Assembly: GCA_964016885.1 (NCBI GenBank)
Contig: OZ024755.1
Coordinates: 4,154,001-4,218,000 of the forward strand
Direction of reading: 5' to 3'
Source: Eledone cirrhosa
Lineage: Eukaryota
DNA: 64,000 bases
The first letter of the stretch is position 1, and each line of letters begins with the position of its first letter. A program made the translations under genes and the position numbers. This document shows positions 11,837-25,675 of the stretch, piece by piece. The notes beneath the pieces were generated by a model that searched no databases, had not been told where the DNA came from, and saw only the letters and a program-made list of their open reading frames with translations.

Positions 11837-14800
11837 GCCCGAATCTTCCTTTATCGATTTTAAATCGTATGGTTGATTGTAGACTTGTTCTATATGTGAC
11901 GGTATTTTAACGATAGTTATAGCTCTGATTCATCTGAATTATTGAGCCCTCTGCCGCTCATATCGGATTTCGTTTTTCGTTAACTCGTGCGCCGATTTTT
12001 CGATACTCGATCTTTCTAATATATTTAGCTCTGGACATAGCTATCCACCAGTTAATTTTATTGCTCATATTTTGTCGATTCTATTGAGTGATGAATAGCT
12101 TTTGTTTTATTTTAACATGTCTATTGAGCACTCTAATTCGATATGTGTATTTCCACATTCACTCGAATTATTTTCGCGGATATAGGGGTCATCTCCCTTG
12201 TCTAATGCCATGTGCGTTTTTCACCGCTAGTTGACTCCTTTGCCGCCAGGATAAAACTCGTTGACAACGTAAACTCCATTCCACTTATTCTAGTAGGCTT
12301 TTATATTTATATGTGAGCTGATAGAGTACTGTCTAAGGATTTACAGAAACCCATGAAGCTAGATTTAACACCTTTCTAGTGGGTCCGGGTATGATTTTAC
12401 ATTCATTTAAATTATTGACGTATTGTTTTATTGATATTTTTTATCTGTTTGGCCCGAATCTTCCTTTATCGATTTTAAATCGTATGGTTGATTGTAGACT
12501 TGTTCTATATGTGACGGTATTTTAACGATAGTTATAGCTCTGATTCATCTGAATTATTGAGCCCTCTGCCGCTCATATCGGATTTCGTTTTTCGTTAACT
12601 CGTGCGCCGATTTTTCGATACTCGATCTTTCTAATATATTTAGCTCTGGACATAGCTATCCACCAGTTAATTTTATTGCTCATCTTTTGTCGATTCTATT
12701 GAGTGATGAATAGCTTTTGTTTTATTTTAACATGTCTATTGAGCACTCTAATTCGATATGTGTATTTCCACATTCACTCGAATTATTTTCGCGGATATAG
12801 GGGTCATCTCCCTTGTCTAATGCCATGTGCGTTTTTCACCGCTAGTTGACTCCTTTGCCGCCAGGATAAAACTCGTTGACAACGTAAACTCCATTCCACT
12901 TATTCTAGTAGGCTTTTATATTTATATGTGAGCTGATAGAGTACTGTCTAAGGATTTACAGAAACCCATGAAGCTAGATTTAACACCTTTCTAGTGGGTC
13001 CGGGTATGATTTTACATTCATTTAAATTATTGACGTATTGTTTTATTGATATTTTTTATCTGTTTGGCCCGAATCTTCCTTTATCGATTTTAAATCGTAT
13101 GGTTGATTGTAGACTTGTTCTATATGTGACGGTATTTTAACGATAGTTATAGCTCTGATTCATCTGAATTATTGAGCCCTCTGCCGCTCATATCGGATTT
13201 CGTTTTTCGTTAACTCGTGCGCCGATTTTTCGATACTCGATCTTTCTAATATATTTAGCTCTGGACATAGCTATCCACCAGTTAATTTTATTGCTCATAT
13301 TTTGTCGATTCTATTGAGTGATGAATAGCTTTTGTTTTATTTTAACATGTCTATTGAGCACTCTAATTCGATATGTGTATTTCCACATTCACTCGAATTA
13401 TTTTCGCGGATATAGGGGTCATCTCCCTTGTCTAATGCCATGTGCGTTTTTCACCGCTAGTTGACTCCTTTGCCGCCAGGATAAAACTCGTTGACAACGT
13501 AAACTCCATTCCACTTATTCTAGTAGGCTTTTATATTTATATGTGAGCTGATAGAGTACTGTCTAAGGATTTACAGAAACCCATGAAGCTAGATTTAACA
13601 CCTTTCTAGTGGGTCCGGGTATGATTTTACATTCATTTAAATTATTGACGTATTGTTTTATTGATATTTTTTATCTGTTTGGCCCGAATCTTCCTTTATC
13701 GATTTTAAATCGTATGGTTGATTGTAGACTTGTTCTATATGTGACGGTATTTTAACGATAGTTATAGCTCTGATTCATCTGAATTATTGAGCCCTCTGCC
13801 GCTCATATCGGATTTCGTTTTTCGTTAACTCGTGCGCCGATTTTTCGATACTCGATCTTTCTAATATATTTAGCTCTGGACATAGCTATCCACCAGTTAA
13901 TTTTATTGCTCATATTTTGTCGATTCTATTGAGTGATGAATAGCTTTTGTTTTATTTTAACATGTCTATTGAGCACTCTAATTCGATATGTGTATTTCCA
14001 CATTCACTCGAATTATTTTCGCGGATATAGGGGTCATCTCCCTTGTCTAATGCCATGTGCGTTTTTCACCGCTAGTTGACTCCTTTGCCGCCAGGATAAA
14101 ACTCGTTGACAACGTAAACTCCATTCCACTTATTCTAGTAGGCTTTTATATTTATATGTGAGCTGATAGAGTACTGTCTAAGGATTTACAGAAACCCATG
14201 AAGCTAGATTTAACACCTTTCTAGTGGGTCCGGGTATGATTTTACATTCATTTAAATTATTGACGTATTGTTTTATTGATATTTTTTATCTGTTTGGCCC
14301 GAATCTTCCTTTATCGATTTTAAATCGTATGGTTGATTGTAGACTTGTTCTATATGTGACGGTATTTTAACGATAGTTATAGCTCTGATTCATCTGAATT
14401 ATTGAGCCCTCTGCCGCTCATATCGGATTTCGTTTTTCGTTAACTCGTGCGCCGATTTTTCGATACTCGATCTTTCTAATATATTTAGCTCTGGACATAG
14501 CTATCCACCAGTTAATTTTATTGCTCATATTTTGTCGATTCTATTGAGTGATGAATAGCTTTTGTTTTATTTTAACATGTCTATTGAGCACTCTAATTCG
14601 ATATGTGTATTTCCACATTCACTCGAATTATTTTCGCGGATATAGGGGTCATCTCCCTTGTCTAATGCCATGTGCGTTTTTCACCGCTAGTTGACTCCTT
14701 TGCCGCCAGGATAAAACTCGTTGACAACGTAAACTCCATTCCACTTATTCTAGTAGGCTTTTATATTTATATGTGAGCTGATAGAGTACTGTCTAAGGAT

Positions 14801-15096
14801 TTACAGAAACCCATGAAGCTAGATTTAACACCTTTCTAGTGGGTCCGGGTATGATTTTACATTCATTTAAATTATTGACGTATTGTTTTATTGATATTTT
14901 TTATCTGTTTGGCCCGAATCTTCCTTTATCGATTTTAAATCGTATGGTTGATTGTAGACTTGTTCTATATGTGACGGTATTTTAACGATAGTTATAGCTC
15001 TGATTCATCTGAATTATTGAGCCCTCTGCCGCTCATATCGGATTTCGTTTTTCGTTAACTCGTGCGCCGATTTTTCGATACTCGATCTTTCTAATA
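11836..15096 (-). repeat. 615-bp tandem satellite (about 5.3 near-identical copies) derived from a decayed non-LTR reverse-transcriptase fragment
   Basis: GGCCCGAATC at 11836, 12451, 13066, 13681, 14296 and 14911. The minus strand reads RFGPNR*, FMGFCKSLDST and GIRQGR*PLYP, in the order of the LINE RT motifs GFRPxRS, FIDFxKAFDSV and GxRQGxPLSP. Confidence 0.8.
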
Positions 15097-15387
15097 TATA
15101 TACATATATATATTACAAAGACCAACTCTACGTATATTGATGGAAACTATTTACAGGCGTGAGTGTTTGAGAGTTGGACCAGCAGAGATTGGGAGAAACT
15201 CCTTTATATTCTAAATTAAATCCCGCCACTTTCTTACAAACATCTGAAATATTTGGGGTCGGTAAAAATAATCAAGAGTTTGATAGGTATCGATTCTATT
15301 GATGAGTTTCCTTCTACCTTTACAGCAATTGTTTCTCTGTCTTGTCGTAAGAAAACAATATTATTACTACGGATATTTGTTTTTATG

Positions 15388-15838
15388 AGATGGGAAGAGG
15401 TGGGGAGATGCTGGAGGGGGAGAGAAAGAGAGGAGGGAAGAAATGGGGAGGGAAGAAATGGGGAGGGTTGGAGGGGGGAGGAGCGAGAGAGAGGAGAGAG
15501 GGAGAGAGAGAGAGATAAAGAGAGTACGAGAAAGAGAGGAGAGAGAGAGGAGCAGAGAGGCTGGATGGGAAGAGAGAGGGAGGGAGGGAAAGAAAGAGGG
15601 GGGAGGGAGAGAGAGAGATAAAGAGAGTGAGAGAGAGAGAGTGGCAGAGAGGCTGGAGGGGGAGAGAGGGAGGGAGGGAAAGAAAGAGGGAGAGAGAGGG
15701 AGAGAAAGAGAGGAAAGAGGGGAGCAGAGAGGCTGGAGGGGGAGAGAAAGAGAGAGGGAAGGAGAGAAAAGGAAAGGGGGAAAGAAAGAGGGAGAGAGAG
15801 AGGAGCAAGAGAGAGGAGGGAGAAAGAGAGAGAGAGAT
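15388..15838. repeat. GA-rich polypurine tract
   Basis: Degenerate (GA)n/(GGA)n; explains the R/E/G-rich ORFs. Confidence 0.9.
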
Positions 15839-16606
15839 GTTATTCTGGTTTTAAGAAATGTCCTCCACTCAGCAGACTGTAATATTTGTTTATCTATTAA
15901 TTCCAAAGTAACATTGGAAATCGTTTTAATACTAAGCGACAATAGATCTAAGAAACTAATTAAGAACATTCTAACGACTTTTCTTTTTCTCTTTCGTTTA
16001 TATAAGAAGTTGAAAAAATGGGGGATAACCAGTGTTTGACGATTTCCATTATTGTTGCTGATTACATTTAGTTATTCTTTTTTAAGCTCTTGTAGCAGTA
16101 TTCTATGATTAAACGGCCATCATTAAAAGGAATTCAACAGTTCCTATCAGTTTGGGAAACTGATGCGAGTGTGGAATTCAAGTAATCTTCATCGAAAAGA
16201 AAAAAAAAGTGGAAGTTAACGAGTTATGAAAGAGTAAAGATGAGGAAGTAATTGACAAAAACTATAATACTATTAATAGAATTTTGTTTTTCAAATACGC
16301 AAATACAAAAGAGAGAGAGAGAGGGAGAGAAGAAAAAATGAAACAAAAATGAGAAAATAAAATTAAGCTCAAGATACTTCAGCAAAAATTGAGATTTCGA
16401 GTTGAGATTAATCACATAATATGGAGTTTAGGAGATCAAAACTGATTTTATTTTGAATAAATGCCATTAAAATATATTTTTATTCGTTGGATATCAAAAT
16501 TTTGTCTTGCTCTTCTATAAACTTAGTACTGGTATTACTAGAGTGTTTTGGTTTTAGGACCAAAGTAAAAAGATATACTATTGTATTATTAATAAACTAT
16601 TTTTTA

Positions 16607-16810
16607 GGCTGGTGGATTGGCAGAATTGGTAGAGCGTCAGACACAATACTTTGCAGTAATTAGTTATGATTTTTCTATGTTTTGAGTTAGCTTTGATTTT
16701 CATCTTCCCGGGATTGATCAAATAAAGTACCAGTAACGCACTCGGGTGAATTTAATCGACTTTCCTCTCCCCCTAAATTTGTTGGCCTTGTGCCAAAGGT
16801 AGAAACCATC
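16607..16810 (+). mobile_element. Family A tRNA-SINE (diverged)
   Basis: GGTGGATTGGCAG head through AAAGTACCAGTAA to GGCCTTGTGCCAAAGGTAGAAAC. Confidence 0.75.
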
Positions 16811-16883
16811 AGTCATTGCATTACTAATAACGAGTTATATTTCCTTCCCCAACAATATCGTTTCTACAATCATTTCATGGACT

Positions 16884-16929
16884 TCTGTACTCTGGAGTTT
16901 CACCTGTAGTCACAGGATCATCAGACAAT
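16884..16929 (-). ncRNA. Type I hammerhead motif (weak stem I)
   Basis: Minus strand TTGT-CTGATGA-T-CCTGT(GACT)ACAGG-T-GAAA-CTCCAGAG-TA-CAGA. Core and stems II/III are intact; stem I pairing is out of register. Confidence 0.6.
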
Positions 16930-17183
16930 AATCTTTCCTAACTTTACATTTAAAGTTCATCTGACTGAATGAAAGATTTGTCTTGACGCATGCTCAAAGA
17001 ACAACTTCCATTAACAAGACACTTTCTTTCACATTGCTCCAGTTTACTCAGCTGTAGAAATGAGATGATAGGACTGGGGTCCCTATCATTAAATTACCCA
17101 AGACACCTCCAACGAGATATACGTTGGAGGAGGCCAGCTAAACCTTGATAGGTGTGAGCTGTCACACACACACACACACACGT

Positions 17184-17224
<41 letters not shown>

Positions 17225-17300
17225 AACGAGTAGGACCCCGACGGCTGAGCTCAAGCCGTTTCGACGGCTAATTCTGGACTAAAAAAATATATATATATAT

Positions 17301-17521
17301 AGAAGTGGTTACACAACAGTTAGTTCACTATACCGAGAACAATTGTTTCACCTTAGCGGATCCTCAGATCGTAAGGGTCCATTACCAGCTGAGGATCCGC
17401 TAAGGTGAAACAATTATTCTCGGTATAGTGAACTAACTGTTGTGTTACTACTTCTACCTAACTCGTCCCTTGGACTGAGTGCTCTACCACTACGGATATT
17501 ACCTTCCAGTGTTCCACCACT
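17301..17521. mobile_element. Fold-back element with two divergent hammerhead motifs
   Basis: Arms 17301-17367 and 17389-17456 are reverse complements. On + the sequence reads TACCAG-CTGAGGA-TCCGCTAAGGT-GAAA-CAATTA-TT-CTCGGTA (17383-17425). Flanked by (TA)n. Confidence 0.75.
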
Positions 17522-17530
17522 ATATATATA

Positions 17531-17975
17531 TCATCATCATCATCACCGTTTTACGTCCGTTCTTCCACGCTAGCATGGGTTAGACGGGTTGTCCTGTTGT
17601 GGGCAGTGTCCGGTCGGCTGACCTTGTCTTGCTCATACAGGAACTGATTTTGGCTTGATTTCTACAGCTGGATGCCCTTCCTAACACCAACCTCATTTAC
17701 AGTGAGTGCTGGGTGCTTTTTTTCCGTGGCGCCTACACGTCCACTTTACAGTGTGGGCTGGGTGCTTTTTTGCCGTGGCACCTCCACGACCACCTTGCAG
17801 TGTGAGGGTGTGGGGGCATATTGTCTATATGCTTCAGCTTGTACCCATGGGAGGTCGAGTACTCTGTATTACTGCGTGACGCCAGAGGTCACCGCCGTGT
17901 CATTGCTTTTGAGAGATGTAATTGGGTAAGGTCGGCTTTTATCACCTCATCCCAGGTCTTCTTGGGTCTCCCAAG
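17531..17975 (-). mobile_element. RTE-type 3'-end-derived repeat with (GAT)n tail
   Basis: CATCATCATC...CGTTTTACGTCC and TTCTACAGCTGGATGCCCTTCCTAACACCAACC. Relatives at 24600-24810, 30520-30790 and 30960-31320. Confidence 0.65.
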
Positions 17976-18551
17976 ATATATATATATATATATATATACA
18001 TACACACATGGCCGCCAAGTATAATATAGCTTGGATGCTAATACTAGAACTATACTATCTATTGTCTGTTCTAAATATCTATATATCTGTATCTTTCTAT
18101 CCTAACAGCCAGTATTTATTATTCTATACAACCAACTCAAGTCAGCAGAGCATTCATAAAGCTTAATTTCGTTACGACCACAATCACATTTATTTATAGC
18201 ATTGACAAACAAATATTAATAATGCTAGCATTTATTACTAATATCCTACTTTTTCAGGTATCTGTGCGTATCAGTGCCATAATAAATAATTGTTTTAAAA
18301 CGTCCTAGTATCAAAGCCATCATAAATATTATTTCTTTCGTTCTATCAATTGATAATTTAAAAGTGGTCGATAGGGTGAAAGGTGGAAAAAGTTGTACTT
18401 GGAAACGGCTGGCCTCCTGATAAATCTAAAAATATATTACAATAACAATAATCTAAGGTGACTGAAGTGTAACAGTCACGGTAGAGTGACGTTCAGATTC
18501 TCACCCATACACACACAATCTCTCTCTCTCTCTCTCTCTCTTACTATCTCA

Positions 18552-18584
<33 letters not shown>

Positions 18585-18593
18585 TATATATAT

Positions 18594-18638
<45 letters not shown>

Positions 18639-18649
18639 CTGTGTACATA

Positions 18650-18727
18650 CAGGGTGTCCCCCAAAAATGTATACATACTTCAGCAGCATTGCAATTAAAG
18701 TGTGTATACCTTTTTTGGGACATCCTG
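18650..18727. mobile_element. Tc1/mariner-like MITE
   Basis: TA-CAGGGTGTCCCCCAAAAATG...TTTTTTGGGACATCCTG-TA. Confidence 0.75.
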
Positions 18728-18747
18728 TATATATATATATATATATA

Positions 18748-19508
18748 GCCAATCATTGTAAGTTTGAATCTAACTGACATGCAAAAACATATATATATGA
18801 ATAAGGTAAGCCCAAATCATAGTAGATCCAAATATCACAGAGAGATAGAGATAGAGGGGGGGGGGGGGGGGGGTGCAACAGAAATGAAACATGGATTACA
18901 GGTTAAAATATAGTCTAGATAGATGAGAAACAAAAACGAGGATGTAGTTTATGGAACACCCCAAATGATTTAGAAGTCGACCTTAAGTAGGAGCAATAAC
19001 ATTAAGAAAGACATGAACGACACCACAACACTTTGTTTTGAAAATTTTGAAAGTAGGTTTATAAGTATGAATTTTCAGTAGATTTTCATATCTGTCTCAG
19101 TGGCCCAGCGGTAGGTACTGGAGACGGTGGAGATCCTGGTCGTGGGTTCAATCCTGGACAATAGGTACATGTAAACTTTTTCAGTTTTCATTTTACATCC
19201 CACAGAAAAAAAACTGAAAAGGTTCACCGGGAACCCTACTCCCGACCAGGATCGAACTTCAGACCAGGATCACCACCGTCTATGATTCTTCCAACTAGGT
19301 CGCCGAGACAGCTACAAAATTATAACGAAAATTAATAATTATAAACCTACTTTAGTTAAAAAGAGATGTGGTGTCATTCATGGCTTTCCTAGAGCTGTTA
19401 GTCGTATTTAGGGTCGACTTGTCAATCTTCTGTCTCTTTGGTAACAACCCGATTATTCCTGTGTGTTTAACTTTTGAATTAATTTATTTGATTGTTTTAA
19501 CAAACAAA

Positions 19509-19511
<3 letters not shown>
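18748..19511. mobile_element. Twin tRNA-head palindromic repeat (copy 2, inverted relative to 565-1338)
   Basis: Colinear reverse complement of 565-1338 including the poly-C/G tract, with scattered substitutions. Confidence 0.8.
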
Positions 19512-19583
<72 letters not shown>

Positions 19584-19586
<3 letters not shown>

Positions 19587-19897
19587 CGAAGGAAATGTGG
19601 TAAGGAACCTGGTGGACCATAACGCACCAAAGTACTCAATACTTAGGGTAGTAGAGTGGGTAATAGCAACGAGTAGGGCCCCGACGGCTGAGCTCAAGCC
19701 GTTTCGACGGCTAATTCTGGGCTAAAAAACTTTTTTAGTCCAGAATTAGCCGTCGAAACGGCTTGAGCTCAGCCGTCGGGGTCCTACTCGTTCCTATATA
19801 TATAAAGAAATGTGGTAAGGTACCCGACGGCAGAGCTCAAGTATTGAGTACTCTAGTGCGTTAAGGTCCATCTGGTACCTTACCACATTTCTTTCAT
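19584..19897. mobile_element. Fold-back (TA)n-flanked element with truncated hammerhead (GAAA-CGGC-TT-GAGCTC family)
   Basis: Hairpin 19668-19792 centred near 19730. Same family as 17222-17281, 33960-34175 and 37195-37491. Confidence 0.7.
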
Positions 19898-19917
19898 TAT
19901 ATACATATATATATATA

Positions 19918-20143
<226 letters not shown>

Positions 20144-20536
20144 TCACTCTCTTCCAGTATACGGTCAGTCTTTCAAATCAACCTCCTGTTGAATAGATCG
20201 AACACAGGGCTGGGATTACAGAGCTGCCTGTTATTGAATTATTGGAAGCAGGTATGATACGAATGTAAATCGTGAGGTTTCACTTCCAGTCTATAGAAAT
20301 GGAATGCTTTCTTAAATGAATACTCTCAATATACCGTATCCGTTGACTGTTGTCAACCGCCATCTTGAAAGGGGGAAATAGTATTACAATGATATAATGT
20401 AATAATATAATAATGTAATAATGATATAATAATAGTTTCTGGTTTAGGCACAAGGCCAGCAATTTGAAGGGGAAGGGAAAGTCGATTAAATCAACCCCAT
20501 ATATATATATATACATATAAATGTAAATACATGTAA

Positions 20537-20609
<73 letters not shown>

Positions 20610-20613
<4 letters not shown>

Positions 20614-20866
20614 GTATAATAAATAATACAATATAATTATCTCATTACCAGAGGTTTCCCGAATAAGACGAATACAAGAAACGTCCCCATTCGTTCGTCA
20701 GACAAGGCAAATGAGGACGTTTCTTGTATTTGTCTTATTCGGGAAACCTCTGGTAATGAGGTAATTATATTGTATTGTTTATTATACATTAAATTTAGCT
20801 CTGTAACTTACATAGAGCACTCTTCACTCCTATGACTTTTTCAATTTTCAACGGAAACTTCAATAC

Positions 20867-20868
<2 letters not shown>
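20610..20868. mobile_element. Fold-back element with hammerhead 3' halves
   Basis: Arms 20610-20692 and 20708-20790. GAAA-CCTCTGG-TA-ATGAG at 20743-20760 and mirrored on the minus strand. Confidence 0.65.
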
Positions 20869-20906
<38 letters not shown>

Positions 20907-20909
20907 ATG

Positions 20910-20957
<48 letters not shown>

Positions 20958-21601
20958 TGTTTATATATATATATATACATATATATATGTATATATATAT
21001 ATATTTACATGTATATATATATGTATATATATATATACATATATATATATACATATATATATATGTATATATACGTGTGTGTGTGTATATATATATGGAA
21101 GTGTGTGTGTGGGTGTGTGTAGGCGTATGTGTGTTCATGACTATCTGTATGATCCAGAGAATACAGGAATACAGTTATGTATATGTTGTACTATAAACAG
21201 TTGTTTTAAATGTCTTGATGCCTGGTTAATATTTATTTTTAATATTTACGATCGTTATGCTATTTTAAGCCAGAAAAACTCTTCACATAACTTGTCTTCT
21301 GTTTATGTTTTCACCACTCAAACCTGTTTCTCATGATATAGTTTAGCTTTATGTGTTTATGTTAATCTTCCTAGTTTCAATATATACCAGCTGCTGACTT
21401 TGGCCTTGTATACTTTCTGATGTCAGAGCTTGGATGACCAATACACGACAACAGATCAAAGGTTACATTAGATGTTTGCTTTTCTAAAACTTTATCTGTC
21501 ATATTTTGTCGGTTGCTTGAGAATAGAGAATGTGGGTTGTTCTTTGAAAAACAAGATGGTGTAGGACAGAACAAAGCAGATATACACAAAATAATGAATT
21601 A

Positions 21602-21644
21602 ATCACTGAGGAGGTTACAGAATGTGTGACAAAAGAGATATGAT
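21602..21644 (+). ncRNA. Degenerate hammerhead motif
   Basis: ATCA-CTGAGGA-G-GTTACA(GAATG)TGTGAC-AAAA-GAGA-TA-TGAT. GAAA has become AAAA; resembles 23062-23105. Confidence 0.45.
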
Positions 21645-21765
21645 AATATATAAACAACTATTCGGTTATTGAACCAACCAACAGGAAATTTGTAATAAAT
21701 TGAAGTGAAAAATTTACAGGTGCGTGTGTATTTTATTGGCAACATGACCCTCCCAAAGTATAATA

Positions 21766-21828
<63 letters not shown>

Positions 21829-22204
21829 TGTGTGTGTGTGTGTGTGTGTGTTGTGGAATATTAGTTTACGATAGTGTTAACTCATTCATAACAAATAAAT
21901 ATTTTTCAGTATTTCCCCGATTAAAATATGTAAAGGTAATAATAACTATTGCTACTTTTTTATATCTTTTCTATTTTTATCGAGTGAAAATAACAAAAAC
22001 GAGAAAAAATTTCGACTGAAACCAACAGACTGGATAAACGTTGGTTTACTGGTTATATATAGAGACGACATTGCGTTAACTAACAGAATATATGGTGGTG
22101 GTGTGAAGGCTGCGGTGGGAGGGGGGGGTCGTTCGCGGTAGTAGTAGTAGTGATGGTGGTGGTGGTAGTAGTGGTGGTGGTGGTGGTGGTAGTAGTAGTA
22201 GTAA

Positions 22205-22240
<36 letters not shown>

Positions 22241-22557
22241 AACTTTTCTTAATGGTTTCGGAACAGCCCGCCCCCCTTCCGCCACCCTTCTCATAATAAA
22301 TAAAGCCTCTTATATTTAGTTGACTTACATCTCTCTTTACCTGAAGTTGTCAGTTTACCTACTTACCTCCCTTGAAAGCTGAGGCTGTCAAAATTGTGAA
22401 CAACACATCTGTTGTACCTAAGTAGAAAGCGAGAACTCTAGCTATATATATATATATATATATAAAGCGATGAAATACCAATGAAGGCTGGAAATCACTG
22501 ATGAAGGACTAATTTTATTCATATGTAACCCATTTGCAACCACGCAGCACGCCATTT

Positions 22558-22601
<44 letters not shown>

Positions 22602-22836
22602 AAAATAATAAATTTGACTAGCTCGAAGCACGATCGATGCAATGATCGAACCTGACTCTGAAATCGCAAGGTCCTCAGATACGTCTCGATTCTTCGAAGC
22701 AGAGTTTCCATATCTAATAAATTTTATTCGTCGCACCACTGGTTCTCCGTTTCTTATGTGATATTATACTCTGCTCTGTAAAAGCATCGAGTGCTCAAAC
22801 GGCATACCGCATACGGACGCTTTAAACATCCCACAC

Positions 22837-22911
<75 letters not shown>

Positions 22912-23061
22912 ACTTGGGGAGCGTCACATTGTTGTAATATTCCCAGAAATAATAACAGAACACACTCACTGTTTGGTTGGTTTTCGCTTCTGTATCTTTT
23001 ATATCTCCATAGTTAATTTATTTGGCAATCAAACTTTATATACAGATATATATATATAGTC

Positions 23062-23105
23062 TATCAAAGTTCTTTCGTTGCACATCTGCAACATCATCAG
23101 TGGTA
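23062..23105 (-). ncRNA. Type I hammerhead motif
   Basis: Minus strand TACCA-CTGATGA-T-GTTGCA(GATG)TGCAAC-GAAA-GAAC-TT-TGATA. Confidence 0.65.
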
Positions 23106-23464
23106 CTATTATGTTTCCTCCTATTGTATCGTATGTCTACGCCATTTTTATTTTTATTTCTATATATATATTATAGATAACAAGGAATCAGTGATGTATT
23201 AAAACACAATTTATAATATATTACATATGTTTCTCCGACGATCAGCTCAAGGCAGGGTGTATTATAGATCGAACCTGAGATATGTTTATCGTTTTCAAGG
23301 CATTTCTTCATCGTTAAGGGCCTTTTGAGGTTTAAGTCTCTCCAATAATTTGTTTCAATAAACACGTGCTATAGTTTTTACTGAACTGATTTTCTATTGA
23401 CTATATATATATATATACGAGCGAGACGACCAATCTTATAGATAAAAGTCTAAAGTCTGTCTTA

Positions 23465-23726
23465 AGCCAGACGGCTCATTTGGCCGGTGCTTATCCCGGT
23501 TTCATGGCGTGAAGCGACTGAGAGTACAAGACTCCCCCCTGGACAGGACGCCAGTCCATCGCAGGGTTAAACCTCCAGCTATTGCTGGTACTCATTTTCA
23601 GCTGAGTATACTGGAGCAACGTGAAATGAAGTGTTTTGCTCAAGAACACAACACACAGCCCAGGAATCGAGCCCATGACATTATGATCGTAAGTCCAACA
23701 CCCTTACCACTAGGCCACGTGCCTCC
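23465..23726 (-). mobile_element. tRNA-derived SINE (family C)
   Basis: Reverse complement has the head GGAGGCACGTGGCCTAGTGGTAAGG, a B box, and TTCTTGAGCAAAACACTTCATTTCAC. Relatives at 49850-50070 and 54760-55190. Confidence 0.75.
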
Positions 23727-23809
23727 ACACACACACACACACACGCACACGCACACGCACACGCACACGCACACGCATGCATAAGGCAAGAAATAACAAA
23801 GCATACAAC

Positions 23810-23862
<53 letters not shown>

Positions 23863-23918
23863 TAGTGAAAGAATGAAGAGTAACATGGTTGGCTGTACAA
23901 CAAGGGGCTTTATTTCAG

Positions 23919-24029
23919 GTAGTGACAATTGTTTCATTGATCAGGTGAGCCTAGAGGTCGCTAATCGCTCGAAGTTGCGTCACTCGATCTCCATTACACT
24001 ATTTACCTCTGATCAACTCATCAGAATAC
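23919..24029 (-). ncRNA. Type I hammerhead with long (about 80 nt) stem II
   Basis: Minus strand GTATT-CTGATGA-GTTGATCAG...CTGATCAAT-GAAA-CAATTG-TC-ACTAC. Confidence 0.75.
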
Positions 24030-24236
24030 AAAAATAATTCGCTCAAGGCAAGTATATATATAAATGAAAATAGAGAAATTAATGTAAGCAAAAAGCCGAC
24101 AATAATTCAGGCATATAAGTGACTATACCATCAAGATGGAAACACTTTTAATGTAAGATGAGGGAAAAGTAATACAATCTTAATTTAAAACAAATCAAGA
24201 AGAAAACTTTTATCCTCAGACTATATATATATATAG

Positions 24237-24577
24237 GGAGGCACATGGCTTAGTGGTTAGAGCATTGGCCTTGCAATCGAAAGGTTGTGAGTTCAATTCT
24301 CAGACCGGGTGATGTGTTGTTTCCTTGAGCAAGACACTTTATTTCACATTGCTCCAGTTTACTCAGCTGTAGAAATGAGATGATAGGGCTGGGTTCCTAT
24401 CATTCCACTGCAAAGTGGTCGTAGAGGTGCCACGGCAAAAAGCACCCAGCCCACACTGTAAATGAGGTTGGTGTTAGGAAGGGCATCCAGCTGTAGAAAT
24501 CAAGCCAGAATCAGTTCCCGTCCCACCCTTGCAAGCAGGGAAAAGCGGACGTAAAATGAAATGATGATGATGATGAT
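24237..24577 (+). mobile_element. Full-length family B tRNA-SINE with RTE-type tail
   Basis: Head GGAGGCACATGGCTTAGTGGTTAGAGC, B box GAGTTCAATTCTC, core CCTTGAGCAAGACACTT, 3' GGAAGGGCATCCAGCTGTAGAAA and (GAT)n. Confidence 0.85.
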
Positions 24578-25317
24578 ATATATATATATATATATTAAAA
24601 ACACACAGTCCACGCTGTAATGTGGCTGTGTAGGTAACACGGTAAAAACCTCCCAGTCCACACTGTAAACGTGGTTAGGGGGTTAGGAAGGGCATCCAGC
24701 GTAGAAAACCTGCTAGACAGTCCTGAGCAAGACAACCAATCTTGCCTCAAGTGGGACAATTCCCGTCCAGACCCATGCTAGCGTGGAAATGGACATTAAA
24801 CGATGATGATATATATATATTATATATGTATATACACACATAAAAATGAATCAGAGGATCGGCCACAAGCTTGGGCGGTTTTGGTTAATAACCCATTCCA
24901 TCAATCTATCTGTATGTAAGTGTATGCGAGTCAGCTCAAGAGTTAATAGGCTGACCAAGATACTCTCATGGAATGACAAATGAGGTTTATCTTTCAACAT
25001 ACATAGATCAGCTGAAATGTTCATAGGCTGACCAAGTACTCTCATGGAATGACAAATGAGGTTATATTTCAACATAGTCCCTCGAAAGAACAATGCAGTT
25101 ATTGATTAATAAGAAAAGTTGAAATTAATGCCATACAACATTTCACAGCTCTAGCATCATTCCTTCATAGTCAGCTTATAGACTTTTCAGCCAACCCGCA
25201 TATGTGTATATATATGTATGTGTGTGTGTCTGTGTCTGTGTGTGTCTGTGTATGTGTGTTATTGTGCATGTTTGAAAGTACTTTTACAGAAATTTATTTA
25301 TCCCTTTAGTTCTCACC

Positions 25318-25348
<31 letters not shown>

Positions 25349-25501
25349 ATACACACACACACACACTTCACATTGTAGTAATAGTAAATCTTATTTCAAC
25401 AAAACAGTTATTTATGGCTGACAGCCCCACAGACCACACAGACACATACAATCTCTCTCTCTATATATATATTTATACATTTATACATTTATATATACAT
25501 T

Positions 25502-25532
<31 letters not shown>

Positions 25533-25675
25533 AGAAGTTCTATTTAAATTGTTGGGATACAACAAGCAAATATTTTTATAACTGATATAAAGCACTCAAC
25601 AAATTATTGGAGTAAAAATACGATATATTAACAAATGGGTATGTCAATATTTATTTATAAAACTGATCTATATTA

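Noticed and set aside
12315-12362. Possible ribozyme in the 615-bp unit (CTGATAGA...GAAACCC)
   Set aside because: Non-canonical core; the sequence is better explained as a decayed RT coding motif on the minus strand.
22495-22530. CTGATGA in a (TA)n-bounded island
   Set aside because: No downstream GAAA or stems.
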